From: Armatimonadota bacterium
GTDB taxonomy: Bacteria > Armatimonadota > Zipacnadia > Zipacnadales > Zipacnadaceae
Assembly: GCA_036504235.1 (NCBI GenBank)
Contig: DASXVN010000030.1
Location: 12,677 to 76,676 of the forward strand
Reading direction: 5' to 3'
Length of the DNA: 64,000 nt
Below, one piece after another: positions 63,589 through 64,000 of this stretch (position 1 is its first letter; the number at the start of each line of letters is the position of its first letter). The notes below the pieces were generated by a model, which was given only the letters and a program-made list of their open reading frames with translations, did not search any database and had not been told where the DNA came from. Made by a program: the position numbers and the translations under genes.

Positions 63589-64000
63589 ATGACTACGCGT
63601 AACCTGATCCGAAGCGGAATGCTGCTGGCGGCGCTGCTCACGGTGGGCGCGGTATCGGCGCAGATGGAGGTGCCGACGGCGCTGCGCCAGGCGGAGGCGC
63701 CGCGTTTGCAGGGGCGCTATGCGCAGGCGCTGGAGCTAACCGGCCGGCTGGTGGCGCAGGCGGCGGACTCCGGGCCGGCGCGGACCGAGCGGGGGCTGGA
63801 CTACCTGGCCCGGCGGGATTACGAGTCGGCGCAGGCGGACTTCACGGAGGCGCTCAAGCTGCAGGCCGACCAGCCGCTGGCCCTGGCCGGGCGCGGGGCG
63901 GCTTACGTGGCACTGGGGAAGGCGGACCTGGCCGGGCCGGACCTCGACGCGGCGATCAAGCTGGCGACAGCCGCCGTGACCGCCGACGGGGCGGACTATA
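63589..64000 (+). CDS. TPR-repeat protein with signal peptide; 3' end cut by the window edge
   Basis: 'MTTRNLIRSGMLLAALLTVGAVSAQ' signal. 'ERGLDYLARRDYESAQADFTEALKLQADQPLALAGRGAAYVALGK' is TPR-like. The ORF is open to the window end. Confidence 0.65.
   Translation, partial: MTTRNLIRSGMLLAALLTVGAVSAQMEVPTALRQAEAPRLQGRYAQALELTGRLVAQAADSGPARTERGLDYLARRDYESAQADFTEALKLQADQPLALAGRGAAYVALGKADLAGPDLDAAIKLATAAVTADGADY

Noticed and set aside
1-64000. CRISPR arrays, rRNA genes, transposases, integrases, reverse transcriptases
   Set aside because: I looked for regularly spaced direct repeats and for hallmark protein motifs on both strands and found none. The only repeats are palindromic intergenic elements and the duplications listed above.

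Overview
This is a high-GC (roughly two-thirds G+C by eye), gene-dense bacterial chromosomal window. It reads as ordinary chromosome with small accessory insertions, not as a prophage or plasmid.

Gene content:
- Carbohydrate-active enzymes and sugar metabolism dominate: GH116, a beta-helix hydrolase, a clan GH-A hydrolase, an AXE1-type esterase, a SASA-type esterase, rhamnose mutarotase, Gfo/Idh/MocA and MDR dehydrogenases, and three URO-D-family paralogues.
- There are two glycyl-radical enzyme paralogues.
- Housekeeping genes include trpS, pta, a stand-alone rpsE, tRNA-Asp and a CbiM/PDGLE/CbiQ/CbiO ECF transporter.
- There are three paralogous orphan histidine kinases.
- A DUF1559/H-X9-DG prepilin-like protein and a secretin-like protein suggest an Armatimonadota/Planctomycetota-like lineage. 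This is inference only.

Accessory and defence-flavoured content:
- A low-GC HNH endonuclease cassette is flanked by a 9-bp direct repeat.
- One HepT/MntA toxin-antitoxin pair is intact and a second has a frameshifted HepT.
- The best candidate for a new system is a translationally coupled two-gene module at 13706..15813. It pairs a QueC-family PP-loop/Zn-Cys4 enzyme carrying large N- and C-terminal extensions (QatC-like) with a 253-aa partner that begins Met-Gly (QatB-like). No QatA ATPase or QatD/TatD nuclease is present.

Other notable signals:
- A tandem Cys-rich mini-protein overlaps a glycyl-radical enzyme gene convergently.
- A ferredoxin gene has been triplicated in tandem and the copies have diverged in their Cys ligands.
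- A 49-nt direct repeat brackets a 1306-aa secreted protein next to tRNA-Asp.
- Several families of palindromic, MITE/REP-like intergenic elements are present.

Many long ORFs in the six-frame track are antisense or out-of-frame artefacts of the high GC content and were not called.
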